A stretch of 64,000 nt of DNA, from positions 9,250-73,249 of the forward strand of contig BQIX01000002.1 of assembly GCA_021604145.1 (NCBI GenBank). Direction: 5' to 3'. This document shows positions 49,466-61,395 of this stretch, in pieces; the first letter of the stretch is position 1; each line of letters starts with the position of its first letter. The DNA is from Nitrospirales bacterium. Its GTDB lineage: Bacteria > Nitrospirota > Nitrospiria > Nitrospirales > UBA8639. Below the pieces are notes generated by a model. It worked only from the letters and a program-made list of their open reading frames with translations. It was not told where the DNA came from and ran no database searches. A program made the translations under genes and the position numbers.

Positions 49466-51281
49466 CCTGACCACTACACACACCAGCCCTCTTACTCGTC
49501 ATGCCGAGGTGATCGGTGTTCGAGAAAACCTCGTGACCATTGAGGCCAAAGAAAGCCACATTGTAAAAAATGAAGTGGCCTATGTCTGTGTAGGGAATCA
49601 GCGGCTAAAGGCGGAAGTCCTGCGAATCCATGATACGACCGCAGATTTGCAAGTGTACGAAGAGACTTACGGCATTGCCGTTGGGCAACGGGTGGATCTC
49701 ACAGGCGAAATGTTATCTGTCACATTGAGCCCTGGGCTCCTCGGACAAGTGTTTGATGGACTTCAAAACCCTTTGCCGGTACTGGCGCAACAGCATGGGT
49801 TTTTTCTTCCTCGTGGGATCTATGCCAACCCCGTTGACCTTCAACGAAAATGGACGTTCACGCCCGTGGCAAGTATTGGTGCCACCCTACGGGCAGGGGA
49901 GGTAATCGGAACCGTTCAAGAAGGTCGATTCACCCATAAAATTATGGTTCCCTTTAACGAAATGGGTCCTGTTACTGTGGGCTGGATCCATGAAGGAAAT
50001 TTTACCGCGAACACCCCGGTGGCTCAAATCTCTGGAGTTGATGGCAAGAACCATGATGTCACGATGATTCAACGATGGCCCATTCGCCGCTCGCTGCCCG
50101 AAGCCATGCTCCGAAAACAACTCGTGGAACGCCAATATCCATCAGAACCTCTTATCACAAGCATTCGCCTCATCGACACGTTCTTTCCAATCGCCCGAGG
50201 AGGAACGGCTTGTATTCCAGGTCCTTTTGGCGCAGGCAAAACGGTCCTACAAAGCTTAATAGCCCGATTTTCTAATATTGACATCGTCATTATCGTTGCC
50301 TGTGGCGAGCGAGCCGGAGAGGTGGTCGAAACGATTACTGAATTCCCGAACTTGGCCGACCCCCGAACCGGAAGGTCTCTCATGGATCGAACCATTATTA
50401 TCTGCAATACCTCATCAATGCCAGTTGCTGCGAGAGAATCTTCTATTTATACGGGAATGACATTGGGAGAATATTTTCGGCAGATGGGATACCACGTTCT
50501 GGTCATTGCTGATTCAACATCACGATGGGCACAAGCCATACGGGAAACCTCGGGCCGAATGGAAGAAATTCCGGGAGAAGAAGCTTTCCCGGCATATCTG
50601 GACTCAAACATCAAGTCAATTTATGAGCGTGCTGGGGTTATCAGATGTCCAGATGGATCAATTGGGAGTGTCACCATGATCGGGACGGTTTCACCTGCCG
50701 GTGGTAATTTCGAAGAACCTGTCACTCAGTCAACCCTTTCTACAGTCAAAACGTTTTTGGGACTATCTTCCGATCGTGCCTACCGCCGATTTTATCCAGC
50801 GGTTGATCCTCTCATTTCTTGGTCACGGTATTCGAATCAACTTCAACCTTGGTATGAGGCTCACTTGGATTCAGACTGGTCCGAACAAGTTCAGGCTAGC
50901 CTGGGTCTTCTGAAACGGGGAGATGCGGTCTATCAAATGATGCAGGTGACAGGAGAAGAAGGCATTACGCTGGAGGATTATGTGACGTGGCAAAAGGCCA
51001 AATTCCTTGACATGGTGTATGTGCAACAGGATGCCTTCGATGAAGTCGATAGTTCCACGCCTCTTGAACGACAAAAAGAAAGCTTTCAATTCATTAGGTT
51101 GCTGCTCGAACAAGACTACCAATTTGCCAATCGAGAGGAAGCCCGAGACTTTTTTACACGATTGACCGACCTCTACAAGAATTTAAATTACAGCCACCCT
51201 CATTCTGATGAACACACTCGTTACCAGCATACGATCGAAACGCTTACCAATCAATTCTTATTCTTAAGGACCAAAGAATAA
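49440..51281 (+). CDS. ntpA: V/A-type ATPase catalytic subunit A
   Basis: GPFGAGKTV Walker [17 protein letters not shown], and the non-homologous insert region. The GTG start overlaps the preceding gene, so the start is uncertain. Confidence 0.9.
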   Translation: MNTTGSLPNLTTTHTSPLTRHAEVIGVRENLVTIEAKESHIVKNEVAYVCVGNQRLKAEVLRIHDTTADLQVYEETYGIAVGQRVDLTGEMLSVTLSPGLLGQVFDGLQNPLPVLAQQHGFFLPRGIYANPVDLQRKWTFTPVASIGATLRAGEVIGTVQEGRFTHKIMVPFNEMGPVTVGWIHEGNFTANTPVAQISGVDGKNHDVTMIQRWPIRRSLPEAMLRKQLVERQYPSEPLITSIRLIDTFFPIARGGTACIPGPFGAGKTVLQSLIARFSNIDIVIIVACGERAGEVVETITEFPNLADPRTGRSLMDRTIIICNTSSMPVAARESSIYTGMTLGEYFRQMGYHVLVIADSTSRWAQAIRETSGRMEEIPGEEAFPAYLDSNIKSIYERAGVIRCPDGSIGSVTMIGTVSPAGGNFEEPVTQSTLSTVKTFLGLSSDRAYRRFYPAVDPLISWSRYSNQLQPWYEAHLDSDWSEQVQASLGLLKRGDAVYQMMQVTGEEGITLEDYVTWQKAKFLDMVYVQQDAFDEVDSSTPLERQKESFQFIRLLLEQDYQFANREEARDFFTRLTDLYKNLNYSHPHSDEHTRYQHTIETLTNQFLFLRTKE

Positions 51282-51343
51282 TCAGTCCGTGACTATCGCT
51301 ATCGAGGAGAATATTTAAAAAGATTGAATGCCTAATTAAAGTC

Positions 51344-52525
51344 TTGAAAAAATCGCAAAGGCAACCCCCACTCAACTTATTATTACTTATAAACAGAAAC
51401 CGAGGTTTTGGAGTGCCTGGTGAACAAGGAAAAGTTCTGATCGCGGGAGGATATGGTCAGGTTGGTCGCGTGATGGCCCATGAGCTTTCGTCTCAATTCC
51501 CTGGACAAGTGATTGTCGCGGGCCGAAATCGAACCAAGGCTGAAGCTTTAGCAACCGAATTTGGAAATGGCACCCAAGCAAGGCAGATCGATGTATTTGC
51601 CTCTGGAATGTTGGAAAAATTTCTAGATGATGTTTGTCTTGTCATCATGTGTTTGAATCAAGGGGAAGTATCCTTTGTCAGGACTTGTCTGGAATTGGGC
51701 ATCCATTACATTGACCTCTCTGCTCAGTATGACTTCCAAACAAAAGTTGAAAGTCTAGATACGGTAGCTAAAGAACACGGTGCCACTGCCCTCCTTAGTG
51801 TCGGTTTAACTCCAGGATTGTCAAACTTGCTAGCGGCATATGCTAAGAAGCAGTTTGACGACCTCACTCATTTGGACATTTTCATTATGCTTGGGCTTGG
51901 GGATGTCCATGGCCATGCCGCGATTGCCTGGCTTGTTGACCATCTAGATGCGGAATTCTTTGTGCATGATGGTGGACTGCCACTGAAGGTGAAAAGCTTT
52001 AACGAGAGCAGAGCATGTCACTTTCCTGGAATTTCGGAGAAGCGGACGGCCTTTCGATTTAATTTCTCCGATCAACACGTCATTCCTGAGACGTTGAAGA
52101 TTCCATCCGTATCGACATGGCTATGTTTTGATTCTTCATTCGTCACACGAGTTATTTCTATGTTGGCAAGGAGAGGGATTGGGAGATTGGTGCGTCTTAA
52201 AATCTTGCGGGCTTTGACTATAAATCTGCTCTCAAAGTTTCGAATGGGCTCAGACATTTGTACTGTCAAAGTGCAAGCTCATGGGCTTATTAATGGGGAG
52301 CAAACTCTTCGTGAATACCACGTGACTGGACATGGGGAAGCTAAGCTGACTGGGTTAGTGGCTGCAGAGGCAGCCAAACTCGTGATGCGAGGGGGACAGC
52401 CCAAAGGTGTCTTTCACATCGAACAGCTGGTAAGCCCTGGTGGATTTATTCACCAGCTTATCACCTTAGATCCTCGGTTCAGTTACGATCTCGCTGGTTA
52501 TTGTAATTCTGGCCCATCAACTTGA
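51344..52525 (+). CDS. saccharopine-dehydrogenase-like NAD(P)-binding protein
   Basis: [18 protein letters not shown] Rossmann N-terminus. The true start is probably GTG 51413, just before this motif. Confidence 0.7.
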   Translation: MKKSQRQPPLNLLLLINRNRGFGVPGEQGKVLIAGGYGQVGRVMAHELSSQFPGQVIVAGRNRTKAEALATEFGNGTQARQIDVFASGMLEKFLDDVCLVIMCLNQGEVSFVRTCLELGIHYIDLSAQYDFQTKVESLDTVAKEHGATALLSVGLTPGLSNLLAAYAKKQFDDLTHLDIFIMLGLGDVHGHAAIAWLVDHLDAEFFVHDGGLPLKVKSFNESRACHFPGISEKRTAFRFNFSDQHVIPETLKIPSVSTWLCFDSSFVTRVISMLARRGIGRLVRLKILRALTINLLSKFRMGSDICTVKVQAHGLINGEQTLREYHVTGHGEAKLTGLVAAEAAKLVMRGGQPKGVFHIEQLVSPGGFIHQLITLDPRFSYDLAGYCNSGPST

Positions 52526-52553
52526 GATTAGGAGTGGACACAAGGAGGGCTTC

Positions 52554-54917
52554 ATGTCTACGAGCTGTTCAAAAAAAGAGTTACAGACCATAGACGCCTA
52601 CTGGCGTGCGGCCAATTATTTGTCCGTGGGACAGATCTATCTCCTCGATAACCCATTACTCAAAAAACCGTTGACCCTTGAGCATATTAAAGGGCGTCTT
52701 CTTGGACATTGGGGAACGACGCCGGGATTAAATTTTGTGTACGTCCATCTGAATCGAGTCATTAAGAAGCATAATCTCAGCATGATGTATATTGCCGGTC
52801 CCGGGCATGGCGGCCCGGGTTTGGTGGCTAACACCTATTTGGAGGGGACCTACAGCGAAGTCTATCCCAACATTTCTCAAGATAAGGAAGGGCTGAGAAA
52901 GCTGTTTAAGCAGTTTTCGTTTCCTGGAGGAATACCGAGTCATGTGGCACCTGAAACTCCGGGGTCCATTCATGAAGGCGGGGAGTTGGGGTATTCGGTG
53001 GCCCATGCCTTTGGGGCGGTGTTAGATAATCCTGATTTAATCGCGGCCTGCGTGGTCGGTGATGGTGAGGCGGAAACTGGGCCGCTGGCCACAGCCTGGC
53101 ATTCTAATAAATTCCTGAATCCGGTGACCGACGGGGCCGTTCTGCCCATTCTGCATCTGAATGGGTACAAGATTGCGAATCCAACCCTGCTGGCGCGTAT
53201 TAGTCATGAGGAATTGAATAATTTATTTTTGGGGTATGGCTATCAACCCCATTTTGTCGAGGGGGCGGATCCCGAAACGATGCATCAACTGATGGCTCAA
53301 ACCGTAGAGGATGTGGTTAACGAGATTCAGGCCATTCAACAACATGCACGAAGTACTGGTGATGTCACGCGTCCACGCTGGCCCCTGATTATTTTGCGCA
53401 CCCCAAAGGGGTGGACAGGACCCAAGGAGGTTGACGGCAAAAAAACCGAAGATTCCTGGCGATCACATCAAGTCCCATTTTCGGACATGGCGACCAATAA
53501 GAAACATCTCAAGCTCTTGGAAAATTGGTTGAAAAGTTATCACCCTGACGAGCTATTCGACGAGCAGGGGCAGCTTCGTCCCCATTTGGCCGAATTGGCA
53601 CCAAAGGGAAACAGGCGGATGGGAGCTAATCCCCATACGAATGGCGGCCTTCTTCTGAAAGAGTTGAAGATGCCGGCCTTTCAAGATTATGCCGTGGATG
53701 TTCCCAAGCCAGGCACCGTCGTCGCGGAGGCCACGCGCGTGATGGGGCAGTTTCTTCGAGACGTGATGAAAAAGAATATGGGCATCCGGAATTTTTTGGT
53801 GTTTGGACCGGATGAAACGGCCTCGAACCGGTTGAGTGCACTCTTTGAGGTCACGAAGCGTCGGTGGATGGCCGAAACCATTCCGGAAGATGACAATCTC
53901 TCAACAGATGGTCGCGTGTTTGAAATGCTGAGTGAACATACCTGTCAGGGTTGGCTGGAAGGCTACTTGCTGACTGGACGACACGGATTCTTTTCTTGCT
54001 ATGAGGCGTTCATCCATCTTATCGATTCCATGTTCAACCAACATGCGAAATGGCTCAAGGTGACACGGGAGGGTATTCCCTGGCGCAGACCCATTGCGTC
54101 CCTGAACTATTTGTTGACGTCCCATGTCTGGCGTCAAGATCACAATGGCTTTTCTCACCAAGACCCGGGGTTTATTGATCATGTGGTGAACAAAAAAGCT
54201 GAGGTCATTCGTATTTATTTGCCACCTGATGCCAATAGCTTATTATTCATTGCCGATAAATGTCTGCGGAGTCGACACCTCGTGAATGTGATCGTGGCGG
54301 GCAAACAGCCGGGATTGCAGTATCTCAGTATGGGTGCGGCCATCAAGCATTGCACCGCAGGTATCGGAATTTGGGAATGGGCCAGCAACGACAAAGGTGC
54401 GGAGCCTGATGTGGTGATGGCCTGTGCGGGTGATGTGCCGACTCTAGAAACTCTAGCCGCTGTGGATGTGCTCCGCCAATACATGCCAGACCTAAAGGTG
54501 CGGGTGATTAACGTCGTGAACTTGATGAAACTCCAACCACCAAGCGAACACCCACATGGATTGTCCGATAAAGAGTTCGATACCCTCTTTACGACCGACA
54601 AGCCCATCATTTTTGCCTTTCATGGGTACCCATGGTTGATTCACCGGTTAACGTACCGTCGAACGAATCACCACAATCTTCATGTCCGAGGGTATAAAGA
54701 AGAGGGCACCACAAGTACGCCCTTTGATATGGTCGTCCGTAACGATTTGGATCGGTTCCACTTAGTGGAGGACGTCATCGACAGAGTTCCAAAGCTTGGC
54801 TACCTCGCTGCGTACGCCAAACTAGCTGTTCGAGACAAACTTATTGAACACAAAGAATACATCGTGACTTATGGGGAGGATATGCCGGAAATTCGAAATT
54901 GGAAGTGGCCTCATTAG
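52554..54917 (+). CDS. xfp: xylulose-5-phosphate/fructose-6-phosphate phosphoketolase
   Basis: 787 aa. EGGELGYS and [11 protein letters not shown] ThDP-family signatures typical of XFP. Confidence 0.95.
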   Translation: MSTSCSKKELQTIDAYWRAANYLSVGQIYLLDNPLLKKPLTLEHIKGRLLGHWGTTPGLNFVYVHLNRVIKKHNLSMMYIAGPGHGGPGLVANTYLEGTYSEVYPNISQDKEGLRKLFKQFSFPGGIPSHVAPETPGSIHEGGELGYSVAHAFGAVLDNPDLIAACVVGDGEAETGPLATAWHSNKFLNPVTDGAVLPILHLNGYKIANPTLLARISHEELNNLFLGYGYQPHFVEGADPETMHQLMAQTVEDVVNEIQAIQQHARSTGDVTRPRWPLIILRTPKGWTGPKEVDGKKTEDSWRSHQVPFSDMATNKKHLKLLENWLKSYHPDELFDEQGQLRPHLAELAPKGNRRMGANPHTNGGLLLKELKMPAFQDYAVDVPKPGTVVAEATRVMGQFLRDVMKKNMGIRNFLVFGPDETASNRLSALFEVTKRRWMAETIPEDDNLSTDGRVFEMLSEHTCQGWLEGYLLTGRHGFFSCYEAFIHLIDSMFNQHAKWLKVTREGIPWRRPIASLNYLLTSHVWRQDHNGFSHQDPGFIDHVVNKKAEVIRIYLPPDANSLLFIADKCLRSRHLVNVIVAGKQPGLQYLSMGAAIKHCTAGIGIWEWASNDKGAEPDVVMACAGDVPTLETLAAVDVLRQYMPDLKVRVINVVNLMKLQPPSEHPHGLSDKEFDTLFTTDKPIIFAFHGYPWLIHRLTYRRTNHHNLHVRGYKEEGTTSTPFDMVVRNDLDRFHLVEDVIDRVPKLGYLAAYAKLAVRDKLIEHKEYIVTYGEDMPEIRNWKWPH

Positions 54918-55054
54918 TATGGGGTTCCTGTCCTTGCGGAGTTTCCTCAAGGAAACTAAAAGGGATTTGAAAGTAGTAACTTTCCCTTCTATCAAATCCC
55001 CCGGCAGGATTTTCACGATATCAGTTCATGACATGAGCAAGGATTAATAACGTT

Positions 55055-58000
55055 ATGCCCTGTGAATGCTCTGTTATTACACTCTCCCCACGAGATTATG
55101 ACGCGGTTTTATTCGATCTCGACGGGGTTCTGACGAAGACGGCCCGCATCCACGCCATGGCCTGGAAAAAGCTGTTTGATCGGTTTCTCAAGCAACGGTC
55201 GGCAGAGACGGGCGAACCGTTCGTTCCCTTTGACCTCGACGTCGACTACCGACGCTACGTCGATGGCAAGCCCCGTTACGATGGCGTGACAGACTTCCTC
55301 ATGTCGCGAGGAGTCGAGCTGCCACATGGTACATCCGAAGACGGTCCTGAGGCCCCAACCTTTCGAGGACTGGGAAATCGTAAAGACCAGTATTTCCTCG
55401 ACCATCTCAAGCAACACGGCGTCGAGTCTTACGAGGCCGCAATCGGGTTGGTACGAACGCTTCGGGCTCAAGAGATAAAGACCGCCGTCGTCTCCTCCAG
55501 CAACAACTGCGCCGAAGTACTCGAAGTTGCGGGTATCGCCCAGCTGTTCGACACTCGAGTTGATGGGATCGACACCACGCGACTGACGCTGAAGGGGAAG
55601 CCGGCACCGGATGCATTCCTTGAGGCGGCACGGCGCCTCGGGACCGAACCCTCGCGGGCCGTGGTTGTAGAAGACGCGATGGCCGGTGTTGTGGCTGGGC
55701 GCACGGGCCAATTTGGTTGTGTTATCGGAGTCGATCGAAGTGGGCACTCGCAGGCGCTACGCGAGGCCGGTGCCGATGTCGTGGTGACCAGTTTGGGCCA
55801 GGTTCAGGTGTCAGTGGAGCCTCCTTCCGCGTGGTCTCTAGTATTCGAAGGGTTTAATCCGGCCGAAGAGGGAACCCGCGAAGCCTTATGTTCCTTGGGG
55901 AACGGCTATTTCACGACCCGTGCGGCCGCACCCTGGGTAGTGGCGGATGACATTCATTATCCGGGAACTTACCTCGCTGGCGGCTACAATCGCCTGCAGT
56001 CCAAGATCAATGGACGAGTGATTGAGAACGAAGATCTGGTGAATTTTCCCAACTGGCTCACCCTTGCGTTTCGTATCGGCGATCAAGCCTGGTTCGATAC
56101 GAGATCGGTGCACATTCTGTCCTACCGTCAGGAACTCGATCTGAGGCACGGTGTGTTATTGCGGACCATACGCTTCATGGACGATCAAGGCCGGCGTAGT
56201 CGGTTGCAGGAGCGACGCCTGGTCTCGATGCGGGATATGCACCTGGGCGCACTGGAGTTGACGCTTACGGCTGAGAATTGGTCCGCCCGCGTCACCGTCC
56301 GGTCGGCAATTGAAGGACGTGTGATCAACAACGGCGCCAAGTTGTACCGCAACTTTAATCAGAAACATCTGGAGCCGCTGGCAGGTGAGGTCGTGGGTAA
56401 GGACACCGTCTATCTGCTGGTGCGCACCGCGCAGTCACATCTCCAGGTCGCACAAGCGGCGCGCACGCAAGTATTTCTCCAGGGGCAACTTCTGAACGTC
56501 CAACGCCACAGCATCGAGGAACCAGGATATATTGGGCAAGAGTTGGAAACCGACCTACAGGCAGGCGAGACCCTGGTCCTGGAAAAACTGGCTTCAGTGT
56601 ATACCTCCCGCGATCACGCCATTTCGGAATGCGGGCTGGAAGCCCGTAAGGCACTTGCGCGTGCCGGGAACTTTGCCGGAGTGATGACAGATCATATTCT
56701 TGCCTGGAAACACGTGTGGCGTCATTTCGACATCCATCTCCAACCCACTGCTTCGGAGTTTAAATTGAACATCCCCATGCTGCTTCGGTTGAATATGTTT
56801 CACCTGCTGCAGACGGTCTCCCCCAATTCCATCGGACTCGATATAGGCGTACCTCCCCGGGGCTGGACGGGGGAGGCCTATCAAGGCCACATTTTCTGGG
56901 ATGAATTGTTTATCTTCCCATTCTTCAATATGCGCATGCCCGAAATCACCCGCGCGCTGTTGATGTACCGGTATCGACGTCTGGGTGAGGCTCGTGCGGC
57001 CGCCCAAAGTGCTGGCTACAAGGGAGCCATGTATCCATGGCAAAGCGGGAGTGACGGACAAGAGGAGACGCAAGCTTTCAACCTGAACCCGCGCTCACGA
57101 CGCTGGATACGCGACAACAGTTACCTGCAGCGCCACGTGGGCAGCGCCATTGCCTACAACGTGTGGCAATACTTCCAAGTCACCCACGACATCGAGTTTC
57201 TACAGTTCTACGGCGCCGAACTGATTCTCGAGATCGCTCGCTTCTGGTCAAGCATCGCGAGCTTGAATGAGGATCGTGGGCGCTATGAGATCCGCGGCGT
57301 GATGGGTCCAGACGAGTTCCATGACAGCTATCCGGATTCCCCAACACCCGGCCTCAACAACAATGCGTATACCAACATGATGGCCGTGTGGGTCTTGTGT
57401 CGGGCACTAGAGGTGCTCGACCTCCTTCCTGATCTGCGCCGAGCGGAACTCACCACGCAATTAGGATTGTCGAGAGAAGAAATCGCGCGCTGGGACGACA
57501 TCAGTCGCAGGATGTACCTACCGTTACAGAAAGATGGGATTATCAGCCAGTTCGAGGGCTATGAAACATTACGCGAGTTCGATTGGGAGGACTACCAAAC
57601 CCGTTACGGCAACATCCAGCGTCTCGACCTCATTCTCGAGGCGGAGAATGACAGCCCCAATCGCTACCAGCTTTCGAAACAGGCCGACGTGCTCATGTTG
57701 TTTTACCTATTTTCCGCCGAGGAACTAGGCGAGCTGTTCGGGCGTTTGGACTATCCATTCGAATATCACACGATTCCACGCAACGTCGCCTACTATGCCG
57801 ACCGCGTGGCCCATGGTTCAACGCTGTGCCGTGTGGTGTGTGCTTGGGTCCACGCGCGTTCCGACCGACCACGCGCCATGAACCTTTTTGCAGAGGCGCT
57901 GCAGAGCGATGTGCATGATATTCAGCAGGGCTCCACTGCCGAAGGTATCCACTTGGGTGCCATGGCGGGAACGGTCGATCTGGTGCAGCGCGTCTCAACG

Positions 58001-58294
58001 GGCATCGAGGTCAAAAACAATGTACTGCGGATCAATCCGGAATTGCCTCAAGAAATCGGGCGCCTGGATATGCGAATCCGCTATCGAGGGCATTCGCTTG
58101 ATTTGCGGCTGACGCACGACTCCCTCACGGTGCGTGGGCGGGATCGCGGGGCGCCCCCGATCACCTTGTCCATCAACGGCACGATCGACACCTTCGTGTG
58201 CGGGACGACCCGCGTGTTTCCAATGAGGGGAAAGCCTAGAATAAGTAGAGGTCTTATGAAGCAGGAAGCAGCGCTGACACTTGAGGAAGAGTGA
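55055..58294 (+). CDS. fusion of HAD beta-phosphoglucomutase-like domain and GH65 disaccharide phosphorylase (trehalose/kojibiose/maltose type)
   Basis: VLFDLDGVLT HAD motif I at the N-terminus. GH65 core with GEAYQGHIFWDELFIFPF. 1079 aa. Visibly GC-richer than its flanks. Confidence 0.9.
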   Translation: MPCECSVITLSPRDYDAVLFDLDGVLTKTARIHAMAWKKLFDRFLKQRSAETGEPFVPFDLDVDYRRYVDGKPRYDGVTDFLMSRGVELPHGTSEDGPEAPTFRGLGNRKDQYFLDHLKQHGVESYEAAIGLVRTLRAQEIKTAVVSSSNNCAEVLEVAGIAQLFDTRVDGIDTTRLTLKGKPAPDAFLEAARRLGTEPSRAVVVEDAMAGVVAGRTGQFGCVIGVDRSGHSQALREAGADVVVTSLGQVQVSVEPPSAWSLVFEGFNPAEEGTREALCSLGNGYFTTRAAAPWVVADDIHYPGTYLAGGYNRLQSKINGRVIENEDLVNFPNWLTLAFRIGDQAWFDTRSVHILSYRQELDLRHGVLLRTIRFMDDQGRRSRLQERRLVSMRDMHLGALELTLTAENWSARVTVRSAIEGRVINNGAKLYRNFNQKHLEPLAGEVVGKDTVYLLVRTAQSHLQVAQAARTQVFLQGQLLNVQRHSIEEPGYIGQELETDLQAGETLVLEKLASVYTSRDHAISECGLEARKALARAGNFAGVMTDHILAWKHVWRHFDIHLQPTASEFKLNIPMLLRLNMFHLLQTVSPNSIGLDIGVPPRGWTGEAYQGHIFWDELFIFPFFNMRMPEITRALLMYRYRRLGEARAAAQSAGYKGAMYPWQSGSDGQEETQAFNLNPRSRRWIRDNSYLQRHVGSAIAYNVWQYFQVTHDIEFLQFYGAELILEIARFWSSIASLNEDRGRYEIRGVMGPDEFHDSYPDSPTPGLNNNAYTNMMAVWVLCRALEVLDLLPDLRRAELTTQLGLSREEIARWDDISRRMYLPLQKDGIISQFEGYETLREFDWEDYQTRYGNIQRLDLILEAENDSPNRYQLSKQADVLMLFYLFSAEELGELFGRLDYPFEYHTIPRNVAYYADRVAHGSTLCRVVCAWVHARSDRPRAMNLFAEALQSDVHDIQQGSTAEGIHLGAMAGTVDLVQRVSTGIEVKNNVLRINPELPQEIGRLDMRIRYRGHSLDLRLTHDSLTVRGRDRGAPPITLSINGTIDTFVCGTTRVFPMRGKPRISRGLMKQEAALTLEEE

Positions 58295-58418
58295 TGATGA
58301 CCCCATACGGTAAAAGGGCAAAACTCCGTAACGGACCGAATTGAGGAATCGATGAAGGAAACTGTTTGATGTGGAATGGGCATTCTTTAATGATCGGTAG
58401 ATTTAAAAAGGTCTCAAG

Positions 58419-60911
58419 ATGGAGCATCATTCCCACCCCAAAGACGCCACGTCACCACGACGGGATTTGAGCGTGGCCAAAGTGGAGCAAGTGAAGGACC
58501 CCGTCTGCGGCATGATGGTGGATCCGCTCAATGCTGCAGGAACGTACGAACACAAAGAGCAGACCTACTACTTTTGTAGTACGCAATGCGTGAAGCGATT
58601 CGGTTTTGATCCAGAAGGATTCCTGAAGGGAAAATCTCAGTCGTTCCTGAGGAAAGAGGCACCCGCGAGGACCACCAAATTTATTTGCCCGATGTGCCCA
58701 GGTGTCGAAGCCGACAAACCGAGTGCATGTCCCACATGCGGCATGGCGCTCGAATCGGAAATCGCTGTCGCACCAGCCACCAAGACGGAATATGTGTGTC
58801 CTATGCATCCAGAGGTGGTGCAGGACCACCCAGGCTCCTGTCCCAAATGCGGCATGGCACTCGAACCTCGAACGGTTTCGTTTGAAGAGGAAGAAAATCT
58901 GGAGCTGACGTACATGACCCGCCGGTTCTGGATCGGTCTCGCTTTGGCTACTCCCGTTTTATTCCTTGCTATGTCCGAAATGATTCCAGGACTCAACATA
59001 GAGCGTTTCATAAACGGAAGATCGCTTGGCTGGGCTCAGCTGGTATTTTCTACACCGGTTGTATTGTGGGCTGGTTGGCCTTTCTTCCAACGAGGATGGG
59101 CATCCTTCGTCAATCGAAGCCTCAACATGTTTACGCTTATCGCCATAGGAACTGGCACGGCCTATGTGTACAGCGTGGTGGCCACCCTTTTACCAGAGCT
59201 TTTCCCTGCATCATTTCGCGGCCCAAGTGGCGAAGTCGCCGTGTACTTCGAAGCGGCCGCCATCATTATCGTCTTGGTCTTGTTAGGCCAAGTCATGGAG
59301 CTCAAAGCCCGTAGTCAAACGAGTAGTGCCATCAAAGCGCTTCTGGGCCTCGCACCAAAAACGGCACGCAAAGTTTCCGAAGATGGGAGAGAAGAAGATA
59401 TTCCCATCGATCGAGTCCAGCTTGGAGACACCTTGAGAATCCGGCCAGGGGAAAAAATTCCTGTGGATGGAGTGGTTTTGGAAGGGCAAAGCTCCATAGA
59501 TGAATCAATGATTACGGGAGAACCAATCCCTGTAGAAAAAATACAAGGGAATAACGTGACTGGCGGAACGGTAAATGGGACGGGCTCATTGCTGATGAAG
59601 GCTGAACGTGTTGGCAGTGAAACCATGCTAGCTCAAATCGTACGAATGGTCAGCGAAGCGCAAAGAAGCCGAGCCCCCATCCAACGATTGGCAGATGTGG
59701 TCTCCAGTTACTTTGTTCCTGCCGTCCTGTTCATCGCCATCCTGACCTTCATTATTTGGGCCGTGTTTGGCCCAGAGCCTCGGATGACCTTTGCCCTCGT
59801 CAACGCCGTCGCCGTCTTAATCATCGCATGCCCGTGTGCCTTGGGATTAGCCACGCCAATGTCCATCATGGTGGGAACTGGACGGGGTGCAACAGCAGGT
59901 GTCCTGATAAAAAACGCGGAAGCATTGGAAATATTAGAAAAGGTGACCACCTTAGTGGTCGATAAAACCGGAACGCTGACAGAGGGCAAACCCCGGCTAG
60001 CATCCCTGATTCCTCTTAATGGGTGGGATGAGAAAGAAGTTCTTCAGCTAGGAGCCAGTTTGGAGCGGAGTAGTGAGCATCCCCTGGCCGCAGCCATTCT
60101 GGTTGGGGCACAAGAGAAGGAACTGGAATTATTGGAGGTCAGAAATTTCCGTTCCGTTACCGGAAAAGGGGTTTTGGGAAGCGTGAGTAATAAGGACGTG
60201 GCTCTTGGGACTCGGCTATTTCTTGAAGAGGACATTGGAGTAGCACCAGACAAACTTCAAAGGATTAATGCCCAAGTTGATAGTCTCCGTGAAGAAGGGC
60301 AAACAGTGATGTTTGTTTCGGCTAATGGTGAGCTTGCAGGTTTAATTGGCGTTTCAGATCCTATAAAACCTTCTACACTAGAAGCTGTTCAAATGCTCCA
60401 CGACAACAACATTCGCGTCGTGATGCTGACCGGCGATAATAGGAAGACTGCCCAAGTTGTGGCCCGCAAACTCGGGATCGATGAAGTTATTGCAGAGGTT
60501 CTTCCCGAAGACAAAGGGCAAGAAATCAAAAGACTTCAAGGGCATGGTCAGGTGGTCGCCATGGCCGGCGACGGAATAAATGATGCTCCAGCGTTGGCCC
60601 AGGCCAATGTCGGGATAGCCATGGGCACAGGAACAGATGTGGCTATGGAAAGCGCAGGCGTCACCTTAATCAAAGGGGATCTTAGAGGAATTGCACGCGC
60701 CAGACGTTTAAGCCAGTTGACCATGCGGAATATTCGTCAAAACATGTTTTTCGCCTTCATATACAATACCCTGGGAGTCCCCGTAGCAGCAGGAATCCTT
60801 TACCCCATGCTTGGAATTCTTCTCAGCCCCATAATCGCTGCAGCTGCCATGACGTTTAGCTCGGTGTCGGTCATTACCAACGCTCTTCGATTGCGAACAG
60901 TAAGACTCTAA
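58419..60911 (+). CDS. copA: Cu(I)-translocating P1B-type ATPase with YHS plus two CPxxP...CPxCGM metal-binding ribbons at the N-terminus
   Basis: [10 protein letters not shown]...[57 protein letters not shown] ([12 protein letters not shown]), [17 protein letters not shown]. Confidence 0.95.
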   Translation: MEHHSHPKDATSPRRDLSVAKVEQVKDPVCGMMVDPLNAAGTYEHKEQTYYFCSTQCVKRFGFDPEGFLKGKSQSFLRKEAPARTTKFICPMCPGVEADKPSACPTCGMALESEIAVAPATKTEYVCPMHPEVVQDHPGSCPKCGMALEPRTVSFEEEENLELTYMTRRFWIGLALATPVLFLAMSEMIPGLNIERFINGRSLGWAQLVFSTPVVLWAGWPFFQRGWASFVNRSLNMFTLIAIGTGTAYVYSVVATLLPELFPASFRGPSGEVAVYFEAAAIIIVLVLLGQVMELKARSQTSSAIKALLGLAPKTARKVSEDGREEDIPIDRVQLGDTLRIRPGEKIPVDGVVLEGQSSIDESMITGEPIPVEKIQGNNVTGGTVNGTGSLLMKAERVGSETMLAQIVRMVSEAQRSRAPIQRLADVVSSYFVPAVLFIAILTFIIWAVFGPEPRMTFALVNAVAVLIIACPCALGLATPMSIMVGTGRGATAGVLIKNAEALEILEKVTTLVVDKTGTLTEGKPRLASLIPLNGWDEKEVLQLGASLERSSEHPLAAAILVGAQEKELELLEVRNFRSVTGKGVLGSVSNKDVALGTRLFLEEDIGVAPDKLQRINAQVDSLREEGQTVMFVSANGELAGLIGVSDPIKPSTLEAVQMLHDNNIRVVMLTGDNRKTAQVVARKLGIDEVIAEVLPEDKGQEIKRLQGHGQVVAMAGDGINDAPALAQANVGIAMGTGTDVAMESAGVTLIKGDLRGIARARRLSQLTMRNIRQNMFFAFIYNTLGVPVAAGILYPMLGILLSPIIAAAAMTFSSVSVITNALRLRTVRL

Positions 60912-61272
60912 TTTCTTCACAAATTTATCCAAGGCTTTGCTTGTGCGGTTCAAGCACTCAAAGAAACGGGCTATTTGAAACGGTCAACAATTTGCATGGC
61001 GAAGTCTTTCACCCACCGAGTTGAGCGGGATCATCGAGGAATCATACAACGCATCCGAGTCATGCAGACGTTTCAGGTGTTTCGGAATGCCCAAAGCACG
61101 ATTGCCGGGGTTGAACTGGTTCATCAGTTTCGGAAAGGAAAACGAAGACGGGGATTCAACAAGCAGGGTCGAGGTGTGTCTGAAAATCCCTGGATGGCCT
61201 TACTGGCCGCGTAGACAAAATTCTTATGTCGGGGGAGTCGTCTGCTCACTCTCCACAATTTACACTAGTGCC
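60912..61272 (+). mobile_element. IS6-family (IS26/IS240-like) remnant: 3' third of the transposase gene plus terminal inverted repeat
   Basis: The frame open from 60912 reads FLHKFIQGFACAVQALKETGYL...SFTHRVERDHRGIIQRIRVMQTFQVFRNAQSTIAGVELVHQFRKGK, like the IS26 Tnp C-terminus (NNVIECDHGKLKRI...FKS...IKGIEVMRALRKGQ, recalled). The reverse complement of 61253-61272 is GGCACTAGTGTAAATTGTGG, compared with the IS26 IR GGCACTGTTGCAAA. Confidence 0.65.
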
Positions 61273-61395
61273 TCGTTAAGAGCGCATTCACTTGTTGACG
61301 TCCGGTCACGCACATACTAAGGACTTTTCTGACCTGTGAGATTTCCACACAAGTTGTTGAAAGATTCGTGAAGAGTCTCTTTATCATTCGGCCTC

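Noticed and set aside
54962-55000. 9-bp stem GGGATTTGA...TCAAATCCC after xfp, and the AGTTTCCT/AGGAAACT palindrome at ~54943-54960.
   Set aside because: There is no T-tract and the first stem has a large loop. These may be structural, but they are not supportable as terminators from sequence alone.
55109-55747. 212-aa antisense ORF inside the PGM-GH65 gene, and others at 56594-57073 and 57995-58321.
   Set aside because: These are antisense shadows in a GC-rich gene whose sense frame has clear HAD and GH65 motifs.
60975-61214. 79-aa ORF as an intact gene.
   Set aside because: It is only the C-terminal part of an IS6-family transposase frame that is open from 60912. It is called as a remnant instead.
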